Part shown: positions 9,431 to 18,980 of the stretch, piece after piece
Numbering within the stretch: position 1 is the stretch's first letter
Layout of the letters: each line of letters opens with the position of its first letter
From: Candidatus Pacearchaeota archaeon
Lineage (GTDB): Archaea > Nanobdellota > Nanobdellia > Pacearchaeales > GW2011-AR1
DNA length: 57,337 nucleotides
Reading direction: 5' to 3'
Assembly (NCBI GenBank): GCA_036169915.1
Contig: JAVHOF010000037.1
Span: 1 to 57,337 of the forward strand
The notes under the pieces: model-generated
The model's input: the letters and a program-made list of their open reading frames with translations, nothing else
Told to the model about the DNA's origin: nothing
The model's database searches: none
Made by a program: the position numbers and the translations under genes

Positions 9431-9633
9431 TTTTTTCTTCCTTTTTACAAAACTTAATATTTTATTTCTTTTAAAAAGTTTTGTAACTCAGAGAAAATTT
9501 CTCTGATCCTCCAAATTTGATAAATTTTGAGTTTACAGAAAATTAAGGATTTTCTGTTCCATTAAAATTCTTTTTGAATAGAATTTTAAGGTTTTAAACA
9601 TTTAGGTAATAGCAGATAAGCTAATTTATTTTA

Positions 9634-12600
9634 TTAACCTCTTGTTCCAATATCTTGGATATATCCTGTTCTTGGTTCATAGATATCTCCTTTTTCTTTT
9701 AGCTTTTCTAGAGCTTCTTCAAACTCACTTTCTGAAAAATCTTTTAATTCTTTTTTAAGGATATCAAGAGGAATTTGTTTGCCGTGTATTTCTTCAAGTT
9801 TTTTCAAGGTTTCTTTGAATAGTATTATTTTGCTTCTCTGGCTTGAGGAAACTCTTGAGGTAAATCTATCTATATCAAATTTTTTAGTTTCAGGATCATA
9901 TCCGACTTGCATTAGATAATAATTTGTTAATCTTATTGCAACTTGAGCATCTTCTTTTTCAGCTGTTGGAGACAATCTTGATTTTGCATGGGCTTCTGCT
10001 AATCTTACTAGTCCTTGAAGCTGTCTTGCTGAAATAGCAATAGAACCTGATTCTCCTGATGTTTGCATATTTCTCAATTTAATATAATAATCTTTAATTT
10101 CTTCAACTGCTTCATCTGTAAGCCTTGGTTCTGTTTTTTGTTTTGCATAAGCAACATATTTTTTAAACAATTCTCTGTCAATTGGTGATTTGACATCTTT
10201 TCTTTGATGCATATTCAAAACATGTGTTGCAATTGCATTATCTTGAAATTTATTTGGCAAGTCTCTAAGAACGAAAATTAAATCAAATCTGTTTAATAAT
10301 GTTGGAGGAAGGTCGATTTGTTGAGTAATTGGCTGTGTTGGTTCAAATCTTCCATATTTTGGATTTCCAGCAGCAAGAACAGATGTTTGAGCGACAAGTG
10401 ATGCCTGTACATTAGCTTTTGAAATTGTTACTGTCTGCTGTTCAAGAGCTTCATGCATTGCACTTCTGTCCTGTTCGTCCATTTTTTCTATTTCATCAAT
10501 GCAGACAACACCTTTGTTAGCAAGAACCATTGCTCCTGCTTCTAATGCCCATCCTTTTAGAAATTCATCTTTAACAACTGTTGCTGTTATTCCAGCACCT
10601 GTTGTTGCTTTTCCAACAATATATCTTCCACGCGGAGCAATATTTGAAATGAATTTTAGGGTCACAGAATTATGAACTCCTATCCCATTTGCAACAAATG
10701 TATTTGTTGAGGGTATGCTTAAATCATATACTTCTTCATTCTTTTTTTCTAGAGTCTTTATATCTTTTATTTTTGACCAAATAATATTGCTATTTGCTAT
10801 TTTTTTCAAAGTTTCTAATTCACTTATTTTTTCTTTTGCTTTGTTATCAAATTCTTTAATTAATCTTAATAATCTTAATCTTCCTATTTCTCCTCTTTTT
10901 TTAACAGTTCTCATTTCTGCTGCTAAAGTTCTGTTTCCATTAATTCTGGAATTATATCCTAATTTTTTTACTATTTCATAAACAAGATTTCCACATGGAA
11001 TTAGATTATTGTAACTATAGATTGGAGAATTTTTATTGAGTTTAATTTCTCTTCCCAAAATTTCAATATTTTTTGTGAAGGTTTCAATCATATAGGTAGG
11101 AACAGAAAGAGAATAATAGCTAGTTTTATTATTTTTATAAAAATATCCTCTTATTTTTATTTTATTTAATATTCCTATTGAGAATAATAAATCAGAACAA
11201 TCTTCTACTAATTCTTTTGAAACACTAATTAGTTCAAATCCTTTTAGCATTTTTTTATTTTTTATTAATCTTCCATCACCTGAAAATAATCCGGAGATTA
11301 TTCCATAAATAAATTCTTTTGGTGAAAAATAGGCAAATCCTGGTATTTTCTTTATTCTTGAATAATTTCCCTTTATTCCTTTTTTTATATTGTTTAAATC
11401 TTTTTTATCATAGCAAAAAGCCATTAAAATATCTGAAAGATTTTTTGAAAATATAGAAACACTTTTATTATTGATATTGTAATTTAAGTTTATTTTTTTT
11501 GAAAAATCAACTACTCTTTTTTGAATTTCTTTATTTTGATTTGATATTTCTATTGTTTTTTCATTTTTTATATAACCTTCGGCTAAAAAAATTCCTATAA
11601 AAAATCCAAAATCTTTTTCAAGTAATATGTTATTTGGTAGAAGCTTTGAACTATTGCTTTGTTTTTTATTAAAATGCCCTGGTATAAATACTTTGAAATT
11701 CTTTTTATGATAGTTTATTGGTATTGGAATGTAGGAACTTTTATTTAATTCTTCTCCTTTTATTGGAATTATATTCCCCTCTTTTGAGAGAGTAATAAAA
11801 GAATGATCTTTTGTTGCTATTATTGATTTTCCATGTTCTGTTGTAAGTTTGATTAAATCTTTTTCAGGAAGATGTTTTATTATTTCATTTACATTTTCCC
11901 ATCTTGGTTTATGGGTTGATTGATCAATTGTTAATACTTTTAAATCTTCTGGATTTTTTCCAAATTTTTTATAAAGAATTTCTATTGTGTCATAGCCTGA
12001 TTCTTTATTTGAAATATACATTATTTTTTCATCTTTTCCAATTGATTTTGCCACACCAGGATCACCTATTAAAAATAAATGAATATCTCCTCTCTGGACT
12101 GTACCATCTGGAGAAGTTTTTCTAACTCCCCCAAACATTTGCAGTACTAATGCTTCTTTAATTTCTTCATAACCCCAAATACTTGGTGCAATGCTATCTC
12201 TTAGTTTATTGAAAAGTTCAGGATCAGTTGAAAGCTCTAGTATTTGTGTTTCATCTTCATCTGTGATTTCCAAATCTTCATAGGTTGATTCTAAAGGTAT
12301 AAGGTTATTTACTTCAATAGCTAAATCAAATCTTGTTGATATTGAACCTGTTGGAAGTGGAACAGGAACTTCTTTTAAAATGCCTATTACTCTTACTTTA
12401 CTTCCAGGAGTTGTTTTTTCTTCCATTAATGGTTCGACTAAGTCTTCTTTTAGAAAAGCATTCATTCTTCTTGGCTGTTCTCCTCCACTTAAATTTTCTT
12501 GAGACTCTTCAATAACTATTCTTTGCGCATCAACCATAGTTTTGCTTATTAATCTAAACTGTCCTTTTCTTCCACAAGAACATCTTGTTGGTTCTCTGAA

Positions 12601-13035
12601 TTTTTTTTCTATCTGCAAAACAGAGATAACTGTTCCGCAAGAAGGGCATTCAAACCTTGCATTTACAACCTGAGGCCTTACTTCTGATGCTTGCCTGACT
12701 AAACCTTCAAAGAAAATTAATTGATTTAGATGAGTTGCCCTTATTGTTCTTATTTTTACTTTTTGTGTTTCAGGCAAATCATTAAATCTTATCCTTGGAT
12801 TTTTTATTATTCCTGTTTCTTCTAAAGCTGTTTCAAGTATCTGCAAAATTTCTTCAGGATTTCCTATCAAAGCTTCTGCTAAAACAGGAGAATTTGAAGC
12901 TAAATCACCAAAATTAACAAAAACAACTTTTTTTCCTCTTCTTACACTTTCTCCTATTTCTTTTTTATAGGTTTCAAAAAAGAGCTTAGCTTCAGAGACA
13001 AGCTCTTCATTATTCTTTTTTTTATCAATCACCAT
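9634..13035 (-). CDS. mcm: MCM replicative helicase, interrupted by an intein in the Walker A P-loop
   Basis: The Zn finger is CPSCG...CSCG. The Walker A motif GDPGVAKS is split from VTLKFISNIAPRG. Also present are Walker B DEIEKMD, the Arg finger NRFDLIF, and a C-terminal winged helix. Confidence 0.95.
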   Translation of the reverse strand: MVIDKKKNNEELVSEAKLFFETYKKEIGESVRRGKKVVFVNFGDLASNSPVLAEALIGNPEEILQILETALEETGIIKNPRIRFNDLPETQKVKIRTIRATHLNQLIFFEGLVRQASEVRPQVVNARFECPSCGTVISVLQIEKKFREPTRCSCGRKGQFRLISKTMVDAQRIVIEESQENLSGGEQPRRMNAFLKEDLVEPLMEEKTTPGSKVRVIGILKEVPVPLPTGSISTRFDLAIEVNNLIPLESTYEDLEITDEDETQILELSTDPELFNKLRDSIAPSIWGYEEIKEALVLQMFGGVRKTSPDGTVQRGDIHLFLIGDPGVAKSIGKDEKIMYISNKESGYDTIEILYKKFGKNPEDLKVLTIDQSTHKPRWENVNEIIKHLPEKDLIKLTTEHGKSIIATKDHSFITLSKEGNIIPIKGEELNKSSYIPIPINYHKKNFKVFIPGHFNKKQSNSSKLLPNNILLEKDFGFFIGIFLAEGYIKNEKTIEISNQNKEIQKRVVDFSKKINLNYNINNKSVSIFSKNLSDILMAFCYDKKDLNNIKKGIKGNYSRIKKIPGFAYFSPKEFIYGIISGLFSGDGRLIKNKKMLKGFELISVSKELVEDCSDLLFSIGILNKIKIRGYFYKNNKTSYYSLSVPTYMIETFTKNIEILGREIKLNKNSPIYSYNNLIPCGNLVYEIVKKLGYNSRINGNRTLAAEMRTVKKRGEIGRLRLLRLIKEFDNKAKEKISELETLKKIANSNIIWSKIKDIKTLEKKNEEVYDLSIPSTNTFVANGIGVHNSVTLKFISNIAPRGRYIVGKATTGAGITATVVKDEFLKGWALEAGAMVLANKGVVCIDEIEKMDEQDRSAMHEALEQQTVTISKANVQASLVAQTSVLAAGNPKYGRFEPTQPITQQIDLPPTLLNRFDLIFVLRDLPNKFQDNAIATHVLNMHQRKDVKSPIDRELFKKYVAYAKQKTEPRLTDEAVEEIKDYYIKLRNMQTSGESGSIAISARQLQGLVRLAEAHAKSRLSPTAEKEDAQVAIRLTNYYLMQVGYDPETKKFDIDRFTSRVSSSQRSKIILFKETLKKLEEIHGKQIPLDILKKELKDFSESEFEEALEKLKEKGDIYEPRTGYIQDIGTRG
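10669..12045 (-). mobile_element. Intein of 459 aa with a LAGLIDADG homing endonuclease, inserted in the MCM P-loop
   Basis: The intein runs from S331 (SIGKDEKIMY, block A-like) to VHN789, followed by a +1 Ser. Block B is TKDH. The two LAGLIDADG motifs are GFFIGIFLAEGYI and IYGIISGLFSGDGRL. Joining the exteins restores GDPGVAKS-VTLKF. Confidence 0.85.
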
Positions 13036-13219
13036 TTTCTCACATCTTATTTAGTTAAGGTAGTTCAACTAATTTATAAGTATTTATCTATAGACTTAAT
13101 ATATTTAGAAAAGGTATATAAAATAAGGTTATTACTTGCGAGTTTAAAAGAATATTGACAGATAGACATATTTTTTATAGATTAGATAATTTTATATAAT
13201 TTTAAACTAAAGAAAATGT

Positions 13220-13501
13220 ATGTCATTGGATAGATTATTTGGAGAAAGGGGATTGGAATTATCAAGAAATTCTTATATTGATGGGGAAGGCACTAGGTGG
13301 GAAAATGAAGGAACTGAATTAAGAGTTTCAGTTTGCGGACCTGAAGATTATCAAACTTTTATGCTTCTTGGAAAAGATGAAGCAGAGAAATTTTTAAGTT
13401 CTTTTAATATACCTAGAGACAATCCATCTAAACTTGCAGGTTATAGTGTTTATACTTTATATAGAAAAAAGGTGTTAGTGGGTGTTTTAGGAAGAGGATA
13501 A
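13220..13501 (+). CDS. Hypothetical protein (orphan)
   Basis: ORF in the track with a non-repetitive, protein-like sequence. It lies 2 nt from the next ORF. Confidence 0.5.
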   Translation: MSLDRLFGERGLELSRNSYIDGEGTRWENEGTELRVSVCGPEDYQTFMLLGKDEAEKFLSSFNIPRDNPSKLAGYSVYTLYRKKVLVGVLGRG

Positions 13502-13503
13502 GA

Positions 13504-13788
13504 ATGACTGGAACTAAGATTTATAATGGGCATGAATTTCGTGAATATCTTTATAAATTCACTCATCCAGATGTATTTGATTGCAGGCATTTAAGAGTTT
13601 TATCTCAAGATGAATTAGTTGAATTAGAAGGAGAAGTTAAAACTTATGAACAAGGCTCTTTTATATGCATTCAAAGATTAGGTTCAAGTGATAATGCAAG
13701 ATGTATTTCACATTTAACAATAAATAAAGATGTTTTAGAAGTTTTATGCGGTTGGAATGAAAAAAGCAGATTTGTGCTGAATAAATGA
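13504..13788 (+). CDS. Hypothetical protein (orphan)
   Basis: ORF in the track, tightly linked to 13220..13501. Confidence 0.5.
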   Translation: MTGTKIYNGHEFREYLYKFTHPDVFDCRHLRVLSQDELVELEGEVKTYEQGSFICIQRLGSSDNARCISHLTINKDVLEVLCGWNEKSRFVLNK

Positions 13789-13806
13789 TTTATTGATAAA
13801 TTTAAA

Positions 13807-13998
13807 TTATAAAAAATAACCAATAACTAAGAGTACTAATGCAAAAACTATTTCTAAAATTGCTATTATTTTAATTCTTCGCTTTTTCTTAATTATCTTA
13901 AATGCCCAATTAGTAATACTTTTTTGAAATAATAAAACAATTAAAACTTTAATTAAAAAATAAATTCCTAAAGTGTAAAGTATTATTTTAATCACCAT
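13807..13998 (-). CDS. Small membrane protein with two TM helices
   Basis: Two hydrophobic helices flank a KKKRR loop. The gene sits directly upstream of tbp on the same strand. Confidence 0.35.
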   Translation of the reverse strand: MVIKIILYTLGIYFLIKVLIVLLFQKSITNWAFKIIKKKRRIKIIAILEIVFALVLLVIGYFL

Positions 13999-14016
13999 TT
14001 TTTTATTTTATATAAT

Positions 14017-14574
14017 TTATTCCTTTTTTCTTGCGTTAGCTTCTTTGATTTTTTTAATCAGCTGGCTCATTGAGTCTTCTAATTGCTGATTATTCTTTGT
14101 TCCCGTACATACAAGTTTTCCATTTGAGAATAACAAAAAAGTTGCATTTGGCTCTATTAATTTGTAGACCAAGCCTGGGAACTGTTCTGGTTCGTATTCT
14201 GTATTTTCTAATTCAAGTGCAAGATAATTAAGATTAAGCATCATGTTTATATTTCCTGATGCTACAATGTTCTGCACTGTTATTTTTGGCTTGTCTGTTA
14301 TTTTAACATTTATTTTTTTAAGTGTTTTTATAACCTGTTCAATAACCAATCTTACCTGAGCAATTGATTTTGTTCCTGTGCATACTAAATTTCCAGATGA
14401 AAAAACAAGAACTGCGGATTTTGGCTGTTTGATTCTTAAAACCAATCCTGGAAACTGCTCTGGATTGTATTCTGTATTAGGAATTGTTTTTGCAAGTTTT
14501 GTAAGAGGAACATCTTTTCCAAGAGAAGTAGTAGCAACAATATTCTGTATTTTTAATGAATTCTTATCAGCCAT
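14017..14574 (-). CDS. tbp: TATA-box-binding protein
   Basis: The duplicated TBP repeat is present: IQNIVATTSL...YNPEQFPGLVLRI..VLVFSSGNLVCTGTKS and VQNIVASGNI...YEPEQFPGLVYKL...LLFSNGKLVCTGTK. Confidence 0.95.
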   Translation of the reverse strand: MADKNSLKIQNIVATTSLGKDVPLTKLAKTIPNTEYNPEQFPGLVLRIKQPKSAVLVFSSGNLVCTGTKSIAQVRLVIEQVIKTLKKINVKITDKPKITVQNIVASGNINMMLNLNYLALELENTEYEPEQFPGLVYKLIEPNATFLLFSNGKLVCTGTKNNQQLEDSMSQLIKKIKEANARKKE

Positions 14575-14595
14575 TTTAAATTAAGACTCTATAGT

Positions 14596-14607
14596 TATTT
14601 ATAAATA
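14596..14607 (-). promoter_or_regulatory. Putative TATA box upstream of tbp
   Basis: On the minus strand ATTTATAAATA lies about 25-35 nt upstream of the tbp ATG. A second TTTATAAAT lies a little further upstream. Confidence 0.35.
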
Positions 14608-14681
14608 GCTATGATTTATAAACCTTTTGGTTTTTCTCGAGGAGAAAAATCTCGTTTAAAAGGAGGAAATTAAAAATTCTT

Positions 14682-14855
14682 TTATTTATCATCCATAACA
14701 TTCAAATTCTTAATGGAAATATTTACAGAATTTCTTGCTTCATCCCATGAAAGACCATAGTTTAATTCAATTTTTTTAATTAAAAAAAATAGTTCTTCAT
14801 CAACATTTACCAAGGTTTTCTTTTGAAATTTTTGACTTGAATTGATTGTTTTCAC
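14682..14855 (-). CDS. Possible small ribbon-helix-helix-like protein (57 aa, GTG start; not in the track)
   Basis: My own translation is VKTINSSQKFQKKTLVNVDEELFFLIKKIELNYGLSWDEARNSVNISIKNLNVMDDK*. The strand-helix-helix pattern KKTLVNVDEELF...L is RHH-like. There is no ATG start. Confidence 0.3.
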   Translation of the reverse strand: MKTINSSQKFQKKTLVNVDEELFFLIKKIELNYGLSWDEARNSVNISIKNLNVMDDK

Positions 14856-14966
14856 ACTTATGGGCTCTTTTATTAGTTGTTAAGCTTATGGGTGGCAGAA
14901 AATACATATTTTTTTAAAGCTTTTTAAAATAATTATAGTAAAAATTAAAATAAACTTAAAATAAAA

Positions 14967-15296
14967 ATGAATGAAAATCATTATAAAATAAAATTACAAG
15001 ACTATACCCCAACACATGGAGAGGTAATTGATTTTTTCAATCAAATTTATGAAAAATTAGGGGATAAATTTTCTTTTGTTTATGAAAACAAAAGTTATTC
15101 ATCTGCAGGACTTATTGAAGAAATGCAAAAAAGAACTGTTTTAGGAAGGACGTTTTATGATTATTTAGAATCTCTTTGTGAATTTCAGAATAGGAGGTTT
15201 ATAGATCTTATTAATAATCCTAAATTGCCTGAATTATTTTTAAAAGCTTCAGGTTTGGTAAAACTTATGGCTGATTCACGAAGTGAGAAATCTTAA
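14967..15296 (+). CDS. Hypothetical protein (orphan)
   Basis: ORF in the track. I recognise no motif. Confidence 0.45.
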   Translation: MNENHYKIKLQDYTPTHGEVIDFFNQIYEKLGDKFSFVYENKSYSSAGLIEEMQKRTVLGRTFYDYLESLCEFQNRRFIDLINNPKLPELFLKASGLVKLMADSRSEKS

Positions 15297-15300
15297 TCAT

Positions 15301-17046
15301 TTAAAAATTAATATTTCTTTCTGCTTCCTTCTTTTTATATTCTTTTTTTATTTCATCTAAGGTTGCAATATCATGAATGCTCCTGTCAGGCCTTAGTCTG
15401 TTTACTCTTGGAAATCTTAATGCAAAACCAGATTCATAGGTTGGACTTGCCTGTATATTTTGATAGACAATTGTTACTATAATTTTAGGCTTGACTTTAA
15501 CTTCTCTTCCATGACTGCTTATTATTAGAGGTTTAAGAAGATTTGTAAGTTCTGTAAATGATAGTCCTAATTCTTCTTTTTCTTTTAATCCTGTTGAAGC
15601 TTTTCCAATTTCAACATATTTATCTTTTTCTTCATCAAAACATGATAAAGTATATGAAGAGAGTATACCTCCTCTTTTTCCTGTTCCATATTCAGCCCCT
15701 GTAATTACTAAGTCAAATTCATTTTCAGTAGGTTTTAATTTTAACATAAATCCTACTCTTGCACCTGGTTTGTATCCTGCAGTCAGATTTTTTATCATAA
15801 CTCCTTCTTGCCCATTTTTTAATGCTTGTTTATAGAATTGTTCTGCTTCTTTCTCATCACTGGTGATAATTTGTTCAGCAGTTCTTATTTTATAGGGGTG
15901 ATGATGAATTATTTTTCTGATTAATTCAGTTCTTTTTTCAAATGGTTCCTGTAGCATTGATTTTCCATTATAATATAAAATATCAAAAACATTTACTTCT
16001 ACTGGAAGTTCTTTTTCTAATTTTTCAATATCATATTTTCTTCTAATTCTTTGAGATATATCTTGGAATGCTTTATATTTTTTTGTTTTAGGATCATAGC
16101 CTACTGCTTCTGAGTCTAAAATAAATGATTTTGCATTAATATGTTCTTTTATATATTTTACAACATCTTGAAATTGTTTTGTAACTTCATCAAGTCTTCT
16201 TGTAAATATCTTAATGTTGCCTGTTTCATCTTTGTTAATAAGCATTCTAAATCCATCATATTTATATTCAAATGCAGCTGGCTTTCCTACCCTTTCAAAA
16301 CCATCTTCTATTGATTCTGCTTTTAATGCTAACATTGTTTTTAGTGGATGGCCTGGAGTTAATTCTGTTTCATGGAGAGTATCTATACTTTTTAATGCTT
16401 TATTAAAAACAAGTGCAAAATCATTTGCTTTGTCATAGGACTCTTGGACAGCTAAGTTTGCTTTTTTTAACTCTTCTTTATTTGATTCATCTTCCTCTGG
16501 ATTTCCAAAGCAAGCCCATGTAATTGCATCTCTTATTGTTCCTGATGCAACACCAATTCTTAAATCATTTAATAAAGTTCTTATTATGTATTTTGCTTCT
16601 ATTCCTGATGCAGAAGTTAAAAGCTCTGAAACTAGAGACATTTTTTTATCAACAGTGCCTTTTCCAATTAATTCTGGAAGTTTTTTTAGATTATCAAGGA
16701 CTTTTTCAGTTGTTAATTTATTTGTGAAAAGAGTATTTTGTTTTTTCTTAGACATTACTTGCTCTGCAACTAATCCTAAGTCTCCTATTTTTTTCCATTT
16801 TTGGATTATTTCTTTTTTTGAAATACCTGATGCTTTTTCCATTGCTTTAATGCAAAGCTGGTCTGATATTCCAAATTCTTTTTCAGAGTAATCTGGAAAA
16901 GCTTTACCTTGAATAAGATAAATTATTTCTTTGTTTTTTTCATTTTTTATTTCTTTTAAGAACTTTGCAAGTATTTCTGTTTTTTTCAAACGAGAATGGT
17001 TCTTTTCAAGTTCTTCATAGGTTTCGCAAAGTTTTGAATACAGCAT
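15301..17046 (-). CDS. lig: ATP-dependent DNA ligase
   Basis: Adenylation motif I is EYKYDGFR. The length and motif order are typical of archaeal ligases (EGVMIK, a C-terminal OB domain, LRFPR). Confidence 0.95.
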   Translation of the reverse strand: MLYSKLCETYEELEKNHSRLKKTEILAKFLKEIKNEKNKEIIYLIQGKAFPDYSEKEFGISDQLCIKAMEKASGISKKEIIQKWKKIGDLGLVAEQVMSKKKQNTLFTNKLTTEKVLDNLKKLPELIGKGTVDKKMSLVSELLTSASGIEAKYIIRTLLNDLRIGVASGTIRDAITWACFGNPEEDESNKEELKKANLAVQESYDKANDFALVFNKALKSIDTLHETELTPGHPLKTMLALKAESIEDGFERVGKPAAFEYKYDGFRMLINKDETGNIKIFTRRLDEVTKQFQDVVKYIKEHINAKSFILDSEAVGYDPKTKKYKAFQDISQRIRRKYDIEKLEKELPVEVNVFDILYYNGKSMLQEPFEKRTELIRKIIHHHPYKIRTAEQIITSDEKEAEQFYKQALKNGQEGVMIKNLTAGYKPGARVGFMLKLKPTENEFDLVITGAEYGTGKRGGILSSYTLSCFDEEKDKYVEIGKASTGLKEKEELGLSFTELTNLLKPLIISSHGREVKVKPKIIVTIVYQNIQASPTYESGFALRFPRVNRLRPDRSIHDIATLDEIKKEYKKKEAERNINF

Positions 17047-17199
17047 TTATTTTTCCTCTTTTGATTTTTAATATAATGTCTATAATATTCTGCATTAATA
17101 AGTTTTAGCTTGAATTACTTGCTATCTTTAATTTGTTATAAGTATTATTATAAGGGTAGTTTCTTACAAAGAATAATTAATAGAAGTTATTAAAGGTTA

Positions 17200-17682
17200 T
17201 TATTGGAATTTAAAACTTTCAACTACTTCATTTGCAAAAACTTCTTTATATGGATGGTTTATAAATTCAATTTTTACTCCAAAATCTGACCCAAAAAATT
17301 CTATATAATCAAATTTTAATTGCTCAGAGGAAAGCTCATAGCCTGCTGCATATTTGCTAGCATAAATGTAAGAGTCGTATAAAATTCCTTTGGAATTTTT
17401 CTTTGCTTTTTCACTTGGAGCTTTGCCATTAATGATATTTGAGTAATCTATTCTTTTTCCTTTTAAATAATTTAGTCCTAGATTCTTTTCTTTTGTTATT
17501 CTAATTTGAGGGTCAATTTCATTAATCTTATTAGTCGGCCAATTTGGATTAAGAATTATAAATTCATTTTTGTTGATTTTTTCAGTGGTATCTGCACCCC
17601 ACTCTTTAGGTTCAACATAAAAAAAACTAAATCCTGGCATCTTTTTGAAGGTTTTTAATCCTATTATCTTAATTTTTTTCAT
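17200..17682 (-). CDS. Hypothetical protein
   Basis: ORF in the track. I recognise no motif. Confidence 0.45.
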   Translation of the reverse strand: MKKIKIIGLKTFKKMPGFSFFYVEPKEWGADTTEKINKNEFIILNPNWPTNKINEIDPQIRITKEKNLGLNYLKGKRIDYSNIINGKAPSEKAKKNSKGILYDSYIYASKYAAGYELSSEQLKFDYIEFFGSDFGVKIEFINHPYKEVFANEVVESFKFQ

Positions 17683-17832
17683 TTTTTATTTGAGGTTTGT
17701 TTTTGTGTAAGCTTTTTGACATTATGATTACTATTGTTAATATTAGTAGTAATATTACAATTATAAAGATTATGTTTCTTTTACCCTTTTTCATAAATAA
17801 ATAATACACTGAGAATTATTAAAGTTTTGTTT

Positions 17833-18909
17833 TTAATCAAAAAGATGCAAGTTATATTTTTTTGCGAAATCAACGATAGCTCCTTTTGCTCCAATGTCAG
17901 AATCTTCTGAACGAACAATTTCAGGAGATGGTAAATTAGGATGATGATAGTCTACCTTGCTTGATTTGTATCTTTCTATTGCAGGCTCAAATAAAATATC
18001 CCAGTCTTTTGTCTGGCTTCCCATATATATTATCATGTCTAAAGGACTTTGATTTGAAACTAATTGGCTTATTGAAAAGCCAATTGCATCTACTTGTATA
18101 TCTCTGATTCTTGCTTGAGGATTTTCTTTAGGATTTTTTCTAAACGCTCGATATACATGTTTTGCTGTTATTTTCTCAAACATTTCTTTTCTATAGGCAG
18201 AATCTCTTTGAAGTACTTCTAAAGCTTCATTAACTAATTTAGGGTGAGAATATCTTAATCCGTTTTTGTCTTTTACAACTTCTTCTAAAATTGTATGATA
18301 AGGTATTCCTCTTTTTCTTAAAGCATCTTGAGCCATAGCAGCTGCACCATTTCCACTAATAAATGGTTCTAAATGTCCTTCTCCGCCACAACCACAAAAA
18401 ACACCGCTTCCAGGCTTGAATAATTGATGTCCTCCTTCAATAATTCTTTTAATCAATCCATCTTCTGCAAATACTGAATAATTATTTCCTGAAGAACAAG
18501 TTTCATCAGCAACATTTCTTTTTCCTTTACCTTTTCCAAAATAAACTTCTCCATAGGTTGCACCTCTCATGTCATTGGTAGAGGAAACAAGATAACCTTT
18601 ATTACTCAATAGACTTGGAAAAGTTATCCTCCCCCTTATGTTTTTAAAATTAGGACTAAATATAATATCCAAGGATGCTTCATCCACTAAACCTGCTGCA
18701 CATATTCCTATGCCAACTACTTTTGAAGTGTCTGATGAAGAACCGACTAGTGAAAAAATAGCTGAAGAAATTCTATGATATAAATCAGAATTATCCTTGA
18801 TTTCATTATTTTCTATATCAAATAATCTTTGTATGATTTCTCCTGTTTTTGGGTTAATTAATATTCCTCGTGTATTTGTTGCTCCACAATCAATACCAAC
18901 ATATCTCAT
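17833..18909 (-). CDS. ROK-family sugar kinase (glucokinase-like)
   Basis: The N-terminal ATPase motif is GIDCGATNTRG. The ROK zinc motif is CGCGGEGHLE. Confidence 0.75.
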   Translation of the reverse strand: MRYVGIDCGATNTRGILINPKTGEIIQRLFDIENNEIKDNSDLYHRISSAIFSLVGSSSDTSKVVGIGICAAGLVDEASLDIIFSPNFKNIRGRITFPSLLSNKGYLVSSTNDMRGATYGEVYFGKGKGKRNVADETCSSGNNYSVFAEDGLIKRIIEGGHQLFKPGSGVFCGCGGEGHLEPFISGNGAAAMAQDALRKRGIPYHTILEEVVKDKNGLRYSHPKLVNEALEVLQRDSAYRKEMFEKITAKHVYRAFRKNPKENPQARIRDIQVDAIGFSISQLVSNQSPLDMIIYMGSQTKDWDILFEPAIERYKSSKVDYHHPNLPSPEIVRSEDSDIGAKGAIVDFAKKYNLHLFD

Positions 18910-18980
18910 AAAGAAAAAAATATCAAGAATTATATAAATTTAATCAATATTTAGAATATACAATAGAAATATATTAAGAA

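Noticed and set aside
9431-9633. Possible CRISPR-like or other arrayed repeat, suggested by several hairpins in a row
   Set aside because: The hairpins differ in sequence and spacing, no repeated unit of 24-40 nt is present, and I saw no cas genes. This is not a CRISPR array.
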